NCBI RefSeq assembly: GCF_963506605.1
Contig: NC_083277.1
Coordinates: 9,300,001-9,364,000, forward strand
Length of the DNA: 64,000 nucleotides
Origin: Zootoca vivipara
Lineage: Eukaryota
Direction of reading: 5' to 3'
Both the position numbers and the translations under genes were made by a program. The stretch's first letter is position 1. Each line of letters opens with the position of its first letter. This document shows, in pieces, positions 36,100-49,834 of this stretch. The notes under the pieces are model-generated. The model was not told where the DNA came from. It did not search any database and was given only the letters and a program-made list of their open reading frames with translations.

Positions 36100-36303
36100 C
36101 AGTGGTACCTCGGTTTAAGTACACAATTGGTTCCAGAAGTCTGTACTTAACCTGAAGTGCACTTAACCTGAAGCGCACTTAACCTGAAGCGAACTTTCCC
36201 ATGGAAAGTAATGGAATGTGGATTAATCCGTTCCAGACAGGTCCGCTGAGTACTTAAACTGAAAGTATTCAAACCGAAGTGTACTTAAACCGAGATATGA
36301 CTG
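36100..36303. mobile_element. Tigger-type MITE
   Basis: TA-CAGTGGTACCTCGGTTTAAGTAC ... GTACTTAAACCGAGATATGACTG-TA; paralogue at 63476-63659. Confidence 0.75.
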
Positions 36304-38272
36304 TATTATCTCCTGTCCTCCATATGTTACAATTTTTTAGGAAAGGCAAATGAAATAATGTCAAATAATTGCAATGCATCATCAGCCTTTCCTAAACCTC
36401 AATCAACGTTAATGAAGCAGCATTATCTTACAATACGGTTGAACTGTGGGGTTTACTTTTAATAAAAAGTAGTTTCTCACATGAAAGGGAGCTGCTCTAT
36501 GTCCATGAACCTGCCCATTTTTCATCAGGGTCCTAAATTCACCATGAAGTTCTTCATCCTCCGCACAATAATCCTCCACCCCTGCTGAGTGTGGGCACAT
36601 TGGATTTATAGTGTTAGGGTCTAGATAAAAAATAAAATAGAAAAATTCCTTCCAGTAGCTCCTTAAGAGACCATCTAAGTCACCAGACCCTTATATATAG
36701 TGGGAGGGTGCCAAGGGTATTACTCAAAAGGGTGGTGGGAATGGGTGATTGGCTGATAGGTGTGGTAAACCTGTTGACGACCACATATATGTTGTGGGAT
36801 TACAATTCCCATCATTCCTAGCCATCAGGGCCAGTGGTCAGTGTTTATGGAAGTTGCAGTGCAATAACATCTGGGAATCCAAGGTTGAGAAATGCTGCCC
36901 TAGAGGAACCTTCTATGCTGAGGTGAGGCATCTCTGACCCTCCAGATGTGGTTGGACACAAAGCACCACCTGCCAAAGCAAGGGTGGCCCATGGCCAGGG
37001 ATGATGGGAGTCTTATCTAGTGGGACACACCCTCCCCTTCTTCCCCCTCTTCTGAAAATGCTGAATAGCTGTATTTCATTTCCTCCTTCCTCCATGATCT
37101 CCAACATCTTCCTGATATAGTCCAACTGCACACATTCCCAAATCACCCTGCACCATTGACTTCCCGAGGCTGCTGTATTGTGTCTTGGACACTGGTAATG
37201 GAACCACACCTTCCACTGGATGAGAGGATAGAGGGTTAAATCAGGACAAGCCAAATGACACTCAGCTCAGTCCCCTCCTTGCCCTTCACTGCATCTGCTG
37301 CCTCCTGCTTAACAGTGGAGCAGGCCCTGAGAACAGCCTTCTCTGTGCCCCCCGAAGTATAGGAAACAGGACAAAGAAGAGTGGAGTGTCACCATGGAAC
37401 ATAACAACAACAACAACAACAACAACAACTGTTGTAAGTCCCTTTGGGCTGTCCTGGGCAAGGGAAAGTGACTAATAATTCAATAAATAAATAAAAAATA
37501 ACAATTGCAATAATGATTACACAGGCTTGGGGGAACCCCACTCATTTCCATAGCAATCTTCCCAATAGCTTAAATCCCACAGACGTGACAACTGATATAG
37601 TGGGAATAAGGGAAACCTGGTGGAATGGAGAGAAGTGGGGAACAGTTATCTCTGGGTAGGAACCCTTTTGATGTTTCTTCACAGAAACACAGGCATGTGG
37701 GTGAGACTGTTATTGCCAAGACAAAAGCCTCAAAGGTCGGAAATAATAGAGTGGGCACCCTCCCTTTCCTCTTTCCCCCAATGGTTAGACTTGCTATAAC
37801 ACCCCCAGCACCCCATGCAGCAGCTGATCTGGGACTTATGGCAAGGCAAGGCCTGAGCTTCAAGGGAAGAGAGGGTGGGTGGATCAGGGCCGACTTGAAG
37901 TCATGTCAGATTCCTGGGCAGGAAGGAGAAATCAACGCAGGCAGACCCCAAGTCTCTCTTTCTCCAAGATGGCTTCGATTCCTCCCCCAGGGATGCTTCA
38001 CACTTCCTCCCTCAGCCCCCCAACTTCCTCTGCCCTCCCGCCAAATCTCTCCCAATCAGTGGACTTGTGGCAGGTAGGGGGGAGAGGAGGGAGACAGGGT
38101 GAGGTCTCTATCCAGGCCTCTCTCGTCTCCAATAACCCTTCCATGGACTCCCTCTCTCTAGACCAGGGATAAAATCGTAAAAAAGGTCAACAACTTTGGT
38201 TGGCCCTCATGCATGTTCATGTCATTAAATCTGACCCTCTTCGAAAAAAGCTTGGGCACCCCATCTCTAGAC

Positions 38273-38408
38273 CAGGCATCCCCAAACTGCAGCCCTCCAG
38301 ATGTTTTGGCCTACAACTCCCATGATCCTTAGCTAACAGAACCAGTGGTCGGGGAAGATGGGAATTGTAGTCCAAAACATCTGGAGGGCCGAAGTTTGGG
38401 GATGCCTG
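38273..38408. mobile_element. Palindromic hAT MITE (URR1-like)
   Basis: TIRs CAGGCATCCCCAAACT; perfect TSD CTCTAGAC. Confidence 0.85.
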
Positions 38409-39035
38409 CTCTAGACAAAGGAGACCCACCAAGCCTTGCCTGAGTTCCCGGGCGGAGCCAGGAGCGCCCCAGGGATTCCTGCCAGGGGGAACCCAGAACA
38501 TGCAGAGGGTCGCGGAATTGAGGCCTAGGTTCAAGTCCCAGCCCTTGGTGGCCCTCCCATTTCTATTCCCTCAAAGGCCGGGAAGGGCGCAGCAAAGGAG
38601 ATCTTGCAATGCAAACTCTGCCGGTGCTCCCTCTGCAGAAAGGCTCCCCCCTGTACCCCCACCCCGCTGCATTACACATAGTAAAAGGCAGGAAGGCTGA
38701 TTTCTTTTGGGGGGTGTGGCTTGCAATGCGAACCCTGAGAATGGAGGGTCCCCGATCGGCAGCCGGATCGAGGCCTCTATAGATAGCGCCCAAGAACTGA
38801 GTTGTTGTTGGGGGTCTCTGCCCCCTTTCTCTCCCCGCTCATCGCTCCCTTCCCCGCCCTGCAGCTCTACCTCTTTGTCCTCTCTGCTCCCCCTCCCTTG
38901 CTCGCTATTCTATTCCGATTTCCTTTCCCGCCGCAATATAAAGGGCTGGGGGCTCTCCAAGGACGCGCCCCCTCTGGGGGAGAGACTTATTTATCCCAGC
39001 AGTGCCTAAATCAGCCGCTCCCCCGCTCGTTTGAT

Positions 39036-39235
39036 NNNNNNNNNNNNNNNNNNNNNNNNNNNNNNNNNNNNNNNNNNNNNNNNNNNNNNNNNNNNNNNNN
39101 NNNNNNNNNNNNNNNNNNNNNNNNNNNNNNNNNNNNNNNNNNNNNNNNNNNNNNNNNNNNNNNNNNNNNNNNNNNNNNNNNNNNNNNNNNNNNNNNNNNN
39201 NNNNNNNNNNNNNNNNNNNNNNNNNNNNNNNNNNN
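39036..39235. other. Assembly gap (200 N)
   Basis: Run of N. Confidence 1.
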
Positions 39236-39537
39236 CAAGATCTGTTATCCTGTTTTTTTCATGAGAAGGTCCCAGGTTCGATCCCCGGAGACAGGAGGGA
39301 AAGAGTCCCCCCCCCAAAAAAAAGTCCTCCGGGGCATGAAGGTTACATTCTTCCTTCATCTCTTTTAATCCATTGCAGGGAGAGGGGGGTGGAATGGGGA
39401 TCCGGTCGTTTTTACACCCATTTCCCAACGTGGGGGAGGCAGGGCCGTGGCGTAGGGTGTCCTTGTTACACCAGCCCCGGAGTTGTTATGCGCGTTTGGG
39501 GCTTGGAACAGTAATTTAGGACAACCCTAAATGGCCA

Positions 39538-39643
39538 GCACCAAGGAGAAGGAGGAGGCATTCCTGACACAGCCAGGCCAGAGGACGATGGTCTTGCAAG
39601 TCAAAGAGGAGAACTGCAGCTTGGTGTGTAGGCTTTCTGGGTA
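39538..39643 (+). pseudogene. 5'-truncated copy of the KRAB-A-like exon
   Basis: Matches 12458-12560 but lacks the acceptor. Confidence 0.7.
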
Positions 39644-40192
39644 AGGAATAGCATTTCGGAGGAGGGAATCTATGGTCTAAGTTACCAGATGGGACACCTG
39701 GGACATTTGCTTGGTTCTGACCATAGTTGGCAGAAGTTGTAAAGTAGCTTTTTACACACACAAACACCTAGTACGTTGTGGTACTGTTTTCATTCATAGG
39801 CTTCCTTGATATTTTTTGAATTGGGAAAAAAATCTGCTGATCAGAAATTGTCTGATTTCAAGAGCAGAGACTGTCGCTGTGGTGTCTGGATAAAGGGAGA
39901 GCTTTAATGATCAGTCACATGTCGCTCAGCAATGAAGAAGCCATGAAGGATTTGAAGTCCTGTTTTGTGAAAGGGGCGAGTGCTAAGGTAATTCAGATAA
40001 TGACAGATCTCCCTTAATTTTTTGTTAAAGGGTAGCAGGGACTATGGCTCCAACATCTGGGACATTTGTTTGGTTCTGATCATAGTTGGCAGAAGTTGTA
40101 AAGTAGCTTTTTACACACACAAACTCCTAGTACGTTGTGGTACCGTTTTCATTTATAGGCTTCAGTGATATTTTTGAATTGGAAAAAAAGAT

Positions 40193-43108
40193 CATAGAAT
40201 CATAGAATCATAGAATCATAGAGTTGGAAGAGACCACAAGGGCCATCCAGTCCAACCCCCTGCCAAGCAGGAAACACCATCAAAGCATTCCTGACAGATG
40301 GCTGTCAAGCCTCTGCTTAAAGACCTCCAAAGAAGGAGACTCCACCACACTCCTTGGCAGCAAATTCCACTGCCGAACAGCTCTTACTTTCAGGAAGTTC
40401 TTCCTAATGTTTAGGTGGAATTTTCTTTCTTGTAGTTTGAATCCGTTGCTCCGTGTCCGCTTCTCTGGAGCAGCAGAAAACAACCTTTCTCCCTCCTTTA
40501 TATGACATCCTTTTATATATTTGAACATGGTTATCATATCACCCCTTAACCTTCTCTTCTCCAGGCTAAACATACCCAGCTCCCTAAGCCGTTCCTCATA
40601 AGGCATCGTTTCCAGGCCTTTGACCATTTTGGTTGCCCTCTTCTGGACACGTTCCAGCTTATCAGTATCCTTCTTGAACTGTGGTGCCCAGAACTGGACA
40701 CAATACTCCAGGTGAGGTCTGACCAGAGCAGAATACAGTGGTACTATTACTTCCCTTGATCTAGATGCTATACTCCTATTGATGCAGCCCAGAATTGCAT
40801 TGGCTTTTTTAGCTGCTGCATCACACTGCTGACTCATGTCAAGTTTGTGGTCAACCAAAACTCCTAGATCCTTTTCACATGTACTGCTCTCAAGCCAGGT
40901 GTCTCCCATCCTGTATTTGTGCCTTTCATTTTTTTTGCCCAAGTGTAGTACTTTACATTTCTCCTTGTTAAAATTCATCTTGTTTGCTTTGGCCCAGTTG
41001 TCTAATCTGTTAAGGTCATTCTGAAGTGTGATCCTGTCCTCTGGGGTGTTAGCCACCCCTCCCAACTTGGTGTCATCTGCAAACTTGCTCAGGATTCCCT
41101 CAAGCCCATCATCCAAGTCATTGATAAAGATGTTGAACAAGACTGGGCCCAAGACAGAACCCTGTGGCACCCCACTAGTCACTACTCTCCAGGATGAGGA
41201 GGAGCCATTGATGAGCACCCTTTGGGTTCGGTCACTAATCCAGCTACAAATCCACTGAATGGTAGCATTGTCTAGCCCACATTTTACCAGCTTCTTTACA
41301 AGAATATCATGGGGCACCTTGTCAAAGGCCTTGCTGAAATCAAGATAGGCTACATCCACAGCGTTCCCTTCATCTACCAGGCTTGTAATTCTGTCAAAAA
41401 ATGAGATCAGATTAGTCTGACATGACTTATTTTTCAGGAACCCATGCTGACTTTTAGTGATCACAGAGTTTCTTTCTAGGTGCTCACAGACTGTTTGCTT
41501 AATGATCTGCTCTAGAATCTTTCCTGGTATTGATGTCAGGCTGACTGGGCGGTAATTGTTTGGGTCCTCTCTTTTCCCCTTTTTGAAAATAGGGACAACA
41601 TTTGCCCTCCTCCAGTCTGCTGGAACTTCGCCTGTTCTCCAGGAATTTTCAAAGATTATTGCCAGTGGTTCTGAAATCACCTCTGCCAGTTCTTTTAATA
41701 CTCTTGGATGTAGTTCATCTGGCCCTGGAGACTTGAATACATCTAAACTAGCCAAGTATTCTTGTACTACCTCCTTACTTATTCTGGGCTGTGTTTCCCC
41801 TGCTGAATCATCTGCTCCATATTCTTCAGGTCGGGCGTTTTTTTCTTTCTTGGAGAAGACTGAGGCAAAGAAGGCATTGAGGAGTTCTGCCCTTTCTCTG
41901 TCCCCTGTTTGCATTTCACCATCTTCTCCTCTGAGTGACCCCACTGTTTCCTTGTTTTTCCTTTTGCTACGGACATACCCATAAAAGCCCTTTTTGTTGC
42001 TTTTAACCTCTCTGGCGAGCCTGAGTTCATTCTGTGCTTTAGCTTTTCTGACTTTGTCTCTACACGTGCTGGCTATATGTTTGAATTCCTCTCTGGAGAT
42101 TTCCCCCCTTTTCCATTTTTTGTACATATCCCTTTTAAATCTTAACTCAGTCAAGAGTTCTTTAGATAGCCAGCCTGGCTTCTTTAGGCACCTTCCATGT
42201 TTCCGTCTCATTGGTATTGCCTGAAGTTGTGCTTTTAATATCTCCCTTTTAACAAACTCCCAACCATCATGAACTCCCTTCCCTTTTAGTATTACTGTCC
42301 ATGGGATTTCACCCAGCGTTTCCCTAAGTTTTCTGAAGTCGGCTTTCTTAAAGTCTAGAATTTGGACCTTAGTATGCTTGGTTGCTCCTTTCCGCTGGAT
42401 AATAAACTCCAGAAGAGCATGGTCACTCCCACCTAATGATCCTGCCACTTCTACCCCACCAACCAAGTCATCACTATTGGTTAGGACCAGATCTAAAATG
42501 GCTGATCCTCTTGTTGCTTCTCCCACTTTCTGGACAATGAAGTTGTCTGCAAGGCCAGTGAGGAATCTGTTCGACCTTATGCTCTTGGCTGAGTTTGACA
42601 TCCAACAAATATCAGGATAGTTGAAATCCCCCATTACTACTATCTCACTTCCTTTGGAATGCTTGGCCATCTGTTCCAGGAAGGCATCATCTGTGTCCTC
42701 AGTTTGGCTTGGGGATCTATAGTAAACTCCCACAATGAGATCACTGTTGTTTTTCTCTCCCTTAATTTTGACCCAGATACTCTCAATTTGGCTTTGAAGT
42801 TTTAAATCCTGGATCTCTTCACAGGTATACATATCCCTAACATATAAAGCTACTCCTCCTCCTTTCCTGTTTGGTCTATTTCTCTTAAATAGATTGTATC
42901 CCTCTATTACTACATTCCAGTCATGAGACTCATCCCACCAGGTTTCAGTGATGCCTATTATGTCATATTTAGTTTGCTGTACCAAGAGCTCAAGTTCATC
43001 TTGTTTATTTCCCATGCTCTGTGCATTAGTATACAGACATTGAAGACCGTTGATCATTCCCCCATGTCTCTTATTTAAGGATATTTTCGTCCCACCACTA
43101 GGTCTGCA
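40193..43108 (-). mobile_element. Young CR1 LINE with intact ORF2 (APE plus RT), ORF1 absent
   Basis: Open frame 43183-40280 with all APE/RT motifs; (ATTCTATG)n tail; empty site in the paralogue at ~14570. Confidence 0.97.
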
Positions 43109-43785
43109 TGCTCTAAATCCACAGGAGTTCTGATTTAGTCTCCTTGACTTGATTCCATGAAGAAAACGCCTAAAATTCTGCATGTTAATTTTAACTTAAT
43201 CCATGTTTATCCTGCTGGCAAAAGAACTTCAGATTGAAACAGCCCCTTCCAGCCTTGCTCACCTGGTGCCCTCTGTCCATTTAAGACTACAACTCCCATC
43301 ATCCCTGGCCAGTGCATCTCCAGGTATGGCTAGCAATGCCCTTGCCTGAAGACCCTGCAGAGCCACTGCCAGTCAGTGGAGGCAATACTGACCTCGATGG
43401 ACCAATGGTCTGGCCTGGCAGAAGGCCACTTTCATATGGGATGAGACCTTTTGCATGCAATGCATGTGCTTTGCCACTGGAGACAGAGGCTTTTGTGTGG
43501 TGGCACCCAAGTTATGGATCTCCTTCCCAAGATATGATTGCTTGGTACTATCTTGACCATTATTATTAATTAACATTACTACAAACTCTGCAAACTCTTT
43601 CCTATATTCCCAATAAAGTGTGGCCCCCTCCAATGGCTGAAAACCTGGGGGGGCTTTAACAGAATACTGGAGACTCTAGAAGGGGAGAGGGTTCTTCTGC
43701 TCGGATCCTGCTTATGGGTTTCCACTGGGCATCTAGTTTCAATAATTTTTCAAAAAAATGTTTTTGGTTTCACCACCACTTGCAG

Positions 43786-44982
43786 GTAAAAGGAGAGAGA
43801 TCAAGACGGAGAATTCCCACCAAGGGGAAGCTGTGCCAGAGGGAATGTCCCAGGGGAACGTTCCTTTTTTAGCTGAGATTGCAGAGCAAAAGGGTGAGTC
43901 CAAAGGAGACCAGGAAACAAATGAATTCAGCAATCTCCCAGAAGTTCCCTTTAGTGAAAACACAACACAGTTTGGAGTGGAAAAGCCCTTCTCCAATCAT
44001 GGGAGGAACAACCAGGACAGTTTGGGTCTGGGCACGCTAAATGCCGAAGAAGGTCCTTATGAATGCCCCGTGCGTGGGGAGAGCTTCCAGCGAGGATCTG
44101 CCCTGGCTGAACACCAGAGGAGGCACATGCAAGAGGAAGCATACAAATGGTCTGAGGGCGAGAAGCCCTTTCCCCAGCGAGAGATCTGGGTGAGCCATCA
44201 GAGCGGCCTCATGGAAGAGAAACCATACGAGTGTCCCGAGTGCGGGAAGAGGTTCAGTTACAGAGCAACGCTGATGCGGCATCGAAGGATCCACACCGAA
44301 GAGAAACCGCACAAGTGCTCCCACTGTGGGAAAAGCTTCAGCCAGAGGACCAACGGTGAGTCACCTGCGAATCCACACCGGAGAGAGGCCGTATCAATGC
44401 TCCCAGTGCGGAAAAGGCTTCCGGTGGCAACTCCATTTGAAGAGGCACCAGAAGATCCACACGGGAGAGAAGCCTCACGAATGCTCGGAGTGCGGGAAAA
44501 GCTTTTCCCGGAGAGATACGTTACTCAATCACCGGAGGACCCACACAGGGGAGAAGCCGTACGAGTGCCCTGATTGTGGGAGAAACTTCAACCACCCGTG
44601 CAACTTAATTGAACATCAGAAGACGCACACAGGGGAGAAACCGCACGAATGTCCTGAGTGTGGAAAAAACTTCTCCCGGGATACACTGATCAAGCACCAG
44701 AGAACTCACACGGGAGAGAAGCCTTATGAATGCCGCGAGTGTGGGAAAAGTTTCCATCATCCTTGTCGGTTGATGGACCATCAGAAGATCCACACAGGAG
44801 AGAAGCCTCACAAATGCCCTGAGTGCGGGAAGAACTTTTCTCGGCGAGATACGCTGATCAAACACCAAAGGACCCACGTGGAGGAGAAGCCTTATGAATG
44901 CCCCGAGTGTGGAAAAAGCTTCATTCAGAAGAAGGCATTCATCAGACATCAGATAATTCATTTAGGGAATACGTCCAGCTAA
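43786..44982 (+). pseudogene. Frameshifted paralogue of the ZKSCAN-like zinc-finger exon
   Basis: Highly similar to 15249-16450; 2-bp deletion at ~44354 (AACTTGGTG to AACGGTG) and a 3-bp deletion (SRRD to SRD). Confidence 0.9.
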
Positions 44983-46439
44983 TATTCTTGAAAAGTGCCA
45001 CATTTAAAATAAGAAGATACCATTTTCTGTTCAACTCTTATGATGCCCTCTTGGTTTTGTGGTTGTAACATTGTCTGTATCATTCAGCTGCATGTTCCTC
45101 TCTGGGGCTCTAAATGAGGTCTTGTTCTGAGTGTGACTGTGAATATATAAATTTGTTTATATATTCTTGCTTATATATTCTTGCTTATTAATTGCTTTTG
45201 GCCTAACATAGGAATTAGTTGGGATTTCAGAAAGTTAAACGAATGTAGTATAAAGAAGGGAGTGTGTTTATTCCGACATGTGCCACCACCCCGTTGGAAA
45301 TGCAGGAAAAGGAGAGCAGGAAATGCAGGAAAAAGAGACCAGTCAGTAGTCAGCGGCTCCAATAGTGGAGACAGAGAGAATCCTGCCAGATCTTTGAGAG
45401 GGGTCAATTCCATAGGCATTTCTTGTTCCAGCTGTTAGTATCCCAGGAGAGTAATCAGATGCAGCTGGTGCCGAAAAGACACTCCTTGGGGGAGCATTGT
45501 GTATTTGGGGTGGGACTGAGGAACACAGGGAAGGTGCCCTGTGTAATGTATAGGGCAGCACAGCCCATGGGGCCCCTTCTGGAAGCTGTCAGACTGCAAC
45601 TCCCATCCTCTCTGACCCCTGGCCATGCTGGATGGGTCGGAGGGGAGTTGGAGTCCAGGATTATCCAGAGGACACCCCATTTGATGCCCCCGATACACAG
45701 AATCCAGCCTGTGAATAAGGAGCATTAATGCATCCACTCGAAACACATTGAACTGAGTGGAAGCCCCACAAAATGGCAATAAGATTTATTTCTGACAACG
45801 TGTGGAGATGGTGGGGCTGTATTTGCAGAGAGCATTTGAAGCTGATACCCAGTTCTATTTCTTTTTCATTTCCCTCCCGTCCAAGGTCTCCAGAGCAAGG
45901 AGCTATCCTGACTGACGAGGGTGAAGGGAGTTCTATTCCTCTATTAATCCAATGATGCATGCATTTTAAAAGCTGCATGAGGTATTGTGGGGAGAGAAAG
46001 GTTTTGTGGAATTGCAGAGTAGTGAGGGATCCCCAGGGTCTTCTAGTCCCACCCCCTGCAGTACAGAAAACCTTTGCTGCACGTGGGGCTCAAACCCACA
46101 ACCCTGGGATTAAGAGTCTTGTGCTCTGCCAAATCAGACATCTCAAAAGGAAAACAAGATTGAAGGTGAGGAAAAGATTATTTATTGCGACTGTTAAAAG
46201 TGTGACTGTCTCTTGAAGAAGTAAGCTGCAGAGGGAATTCTGGGGAAAGAAAGGAAAATACAAAGCAACAGCAACCCATTTTTGTTTTGTTATTTCTGCT
46301 GATTTTGACTGGAATGAATCCTCTCAAAGGGCCCTTGAAAAACTGCCCAACGTGCTCTTGGCGGGTAAATGTTTTTTATATCAGTCACTCTTGTCTGGAG
46401 AGAAACTCCTACTGGGCCTGAGAGGCAGATTTAGTCTCC

Positions 46440-46954
46440 TCAGGAGATACTGAGGTGGGTTTTAATGTCATCCAGATAAAAGAAAGGGAGGAGGGTCTCT
46501 CCAGAGAACGAGGCTCCTGAGAATGTGTAGAGTTCGGCTCCTGAGTCAGCGTCAGAAAAAGACACACATCCCCCTTCATAGTCCAGAGTCACCCGGATCC
46601 TCCTGGGCTCCTCATTCAGGGTCAGATCGGAGTCAGGGGAGGTCAAGGCCCAGTACTTGCCTTCACACTTCTCCACAGCCCAGACCCCCTCCTCAGGGCT
46701 TATGCAGAAGTGGCCCTTTCTCCTCACAGACTTTCTAGTGACCCCCAAAGCCCACTCTTCCCCACTTCCCACATTGACTTCCCAGAAATGTCTGCCTGCT
46801 GTGAATCCCTCACGTCCCAACACACAAGGCCAGTAGTTGAATCTCTCAGGTTTGTTGGGCAGGACTTGCTTTTTGTCTCCCAATCCCATGCTTTTCCGAT
46901 CCTTGGACAGGATGAGCCAGGGATAGGCTGTGTCTGGATCCAGAGTGACATTTG
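46440..46954 (-). CDS. Intact PRY-SPRY (B30.2) terminal exon, TRIM27/RFP-like
   Basis: Acceptor CCCAACAG|, open [14 protein letters not shown]...WEVNVG...RIRVTLDYEGG...LLPFF...stop. Confidence 0.8.
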
Positions 46955-47892
46955 CTGTTGGGAAGAAGATGAGGGATAAAGAATATTATGCAGAATCAGC
47001 AGAGAGACAGAGACAGACATCCTGTCTTTTAACAACAAAATAATAATACATACTGTATTATTGCCTTGCTTGCCACATGAAAGTATTTGAACTCATGTTC
47101 AATTAACCTCTCTGGAGATTTCTGAATTACTAGGCATCTGAGGAAGCAAAAAGACAGGCTTAACAGGCTACAATGCAATAGCTAAAAAGAATTAATCTTT
47201 TTTACAAAACATTACCATAACATAGCATCTGTTGTTTCCTTATTTCAAGCAAAATATTAAATCATAGAACAAATAATTGCAATGACGACAACTGTAGGCC
47301 TAAGGAATTAAAACAACTAATGTGTTTAGCTATGTTTCCTGCTTTTCAGGGGGTTGGACTAGATGATCCTTGGGATGCTCTCAAACTCTACTATTCCATG
47401 ATTCCATGGAAAAATCAGAAATAAAAATGGCAGAATACAATCATTCAAATCCACGAATGAAATGGGGATCTGTACTGGAGGGCTGGAGGAAGGTTTAACA
47501 CCTGCCCCAAGTAATCTGGTGGGGAAAAGCTGTTGAAACCGGAATTTCCAAGCATGCGGACAAACCAAATTTCAGAGGAAGAATCGGCAGAGCTTTACCA
47601 TGTAATTCCAAGGGTCTCTTGCAATGGAAAGTCCTCCCTCATGGAATGGGGCTGATCTCAAAAGGACTGTGGGAACTCTGAGGAGATTGGGATGGCTGAA
47701 GCACGAGAAATGGCTAGTGAGGTTGAAATTCTGAGGAAGAGGCAGCTCAGGCCTTGGCTCTGCTCCTGGGAGACCAGCCTGGCAGGAGGTGGAGGAGGAA
47801 CTGGGTGCTTGTGGGTGCCCTTTTTAACACACTTCACAAGGGGGAAATCCAAGCAAATCTCCAGAAGCTCCAAAAGAACCTCTCCAGATTGT

Positions 47893-48270
47893 AAAATAAA
47901 AAAATTCCTTCAGTAGCACCTTAAAGACCAACTAAGTTTTTATTTTGGTATGAGCTTTCGTGTGCATGCACACTTCTTCAGATACAGTGAAATGGAAGTT
48001 TCCAGGCACTTATGTAGAGAAGGGGTGGGGAGGGGTCAATCACCCATTTCCACCACCCTTCTGAGTGATCCCCCCTCCCCATCCCCACCCCTCCCCACCC
48101 CTTCTCTACATAAGTGCCTGGAAACTTCCATTTCACTGTATCTGAAGAAGTGTGCATGCACACGAAAGCTCATACCAAAATAAAAACTTAGTTGGTCTTT
48201 AAGGTGCTACTGAAGGAATTTTTTTATTTTACTTCGATCCAGACCAACACGGCTACCTACCTGTAACCAA
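47893..48270. mobile_element. Inverted Penelope pLTR pair with hammerhead motifs on both strands
   Basis: 146-bp perfect arms (47891-48036 / 48087-48232); 13-bp TSD CTCTCCAGATTGT (47880-47892 / 48271-48283); hammerhead motifs at 47948-47985 (-) and 48138-48175 (+). Confidence 0.88.
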
Positions 48271-49834
48271 CTCTCCAGATTGTGTGGAAGGAAAACAAAA
48301 TGCAAGGGAGGTTCTCTATACATGAGAACTCGACAAGATGGACATTGGACAGACCCTGCAGGATTCTCCTTAAGGGCTTTTGTAAGATATTGTAAGGCTC
48401 TGAGGCTTTTCCCTACAATCAAGCAGTATATAAATTTTATGAAAGAAAGCAGAATCTATAAAATCGAGAGGGAAACCAGGATAATAGTCTATAGGCAGGA
48501 ATGGAACTCAAGACTGGTGTGCAGGTTCTTCGCAGGGACAAGCTCTGCCCACAATGCAAGCCTTCAAACCCCCTCCCAGTTCATTCATGGGACAGACAAA
48601 GAACCCAAACACCCCTAGAGGACTGTTACCCAGAGTTACGCCATTGATTGGGGTCTCAAAGTCTGCAGAACTGACGGTTCAACACCCATGAAATATGTGT
48701 CCCCATTCCTCCTGTGAAATTGTTCCTCCCCTGGAAATTTATCTTTCTGAATCGGTTTTCTATATAACAGAGCATCTGAGGAAGCAAAAGGATATAAAGT
48801 GTAAGGGCAACACTCTTCCACCAGAAATAATATATCCATACAAAAGTAACACTTCATAACGTGGCATCCTTAAATTCAAGTACAATTATTAAATAGTAGA
48901 AAAAATGATTAAAAACAAGAAAATCATAGGAAGAATCTATGGCAATAACTAATGCTTTAAAACTCAGCAATCATAAAACAAGCTTACAAATAGATAGCAG
49001 AAAAAAAAAATTCAGCATAAATCCTGATGGTCTCTGAACTTTGTCCCTGAAATTGGGCTCTCCATTGGAGGACTGGAAGGGGGGGCAGAGCAATAGGAAT
49101 CCTGTAAAAGGATAAAGAGGGGAGATGGAGGCAGCCTTAACATCTTCCCCAAGTAAAGTGGTGGTGGTGGGGAAATTAAAGCCAAAATTGTAAAACATAA
49201 GGAGAAGCGAAGGTTGCTGTGGAAGGATTGGCAGAGGTCTCATGCAAAAGGAAGCCCTTCCTCACAAACCTTTTTAAAAAATCTTTCAGATTGTTACCAA
49301 GCATAATTGTGATCTTTGGGGGTCATGTGCTCTTGCTTCCCTCCTCAATGGGGGAACTCTCAGGAGAACTTGATGCTTGAAGCCCTAGATATGGCAGCTG
49401 CAGGGGGACGTCTGAGGAGGAGACGGCTCAGGCCTTGGCTCCACTGTTGAGAAACAAGCCTGAGCAGGAGGCAGAGGGGGAACTGGGGGCTTCTTAATGC
49501 CCTTTGACTCCATTCAGAGCAGGAGAAGCTCCAAAAGGACAAACCCAGATTGTGGTTGGTACGTAACCACAAGGAAAAGGAGGTTTCGTATAATTCTAAA
49601 CAGATGCACATGGGAGAAAAAAATCCTGACTCTGTTTCAGGCTTTCTTTACAAGCTCCAGAGTCACAAGATACATGGGCCATTCTGGGGGACAGGAAATG
49701 AAGGCTGAAGCACCAAGAAGGAAGGTATCCTGAGGTTACAAAATCCCATGCAATAAGAGCCTGGCATGTTCAGTTCTGAAGAAGGAATAAGATTCCCAGT
49801 ATGAAATCCTGGCAGCCATTACAGTATTCATTAC

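Noticed and set aside
38802-39428. ORFs spanning Ns
   Set aside because: Artefacts of the assembly gap.
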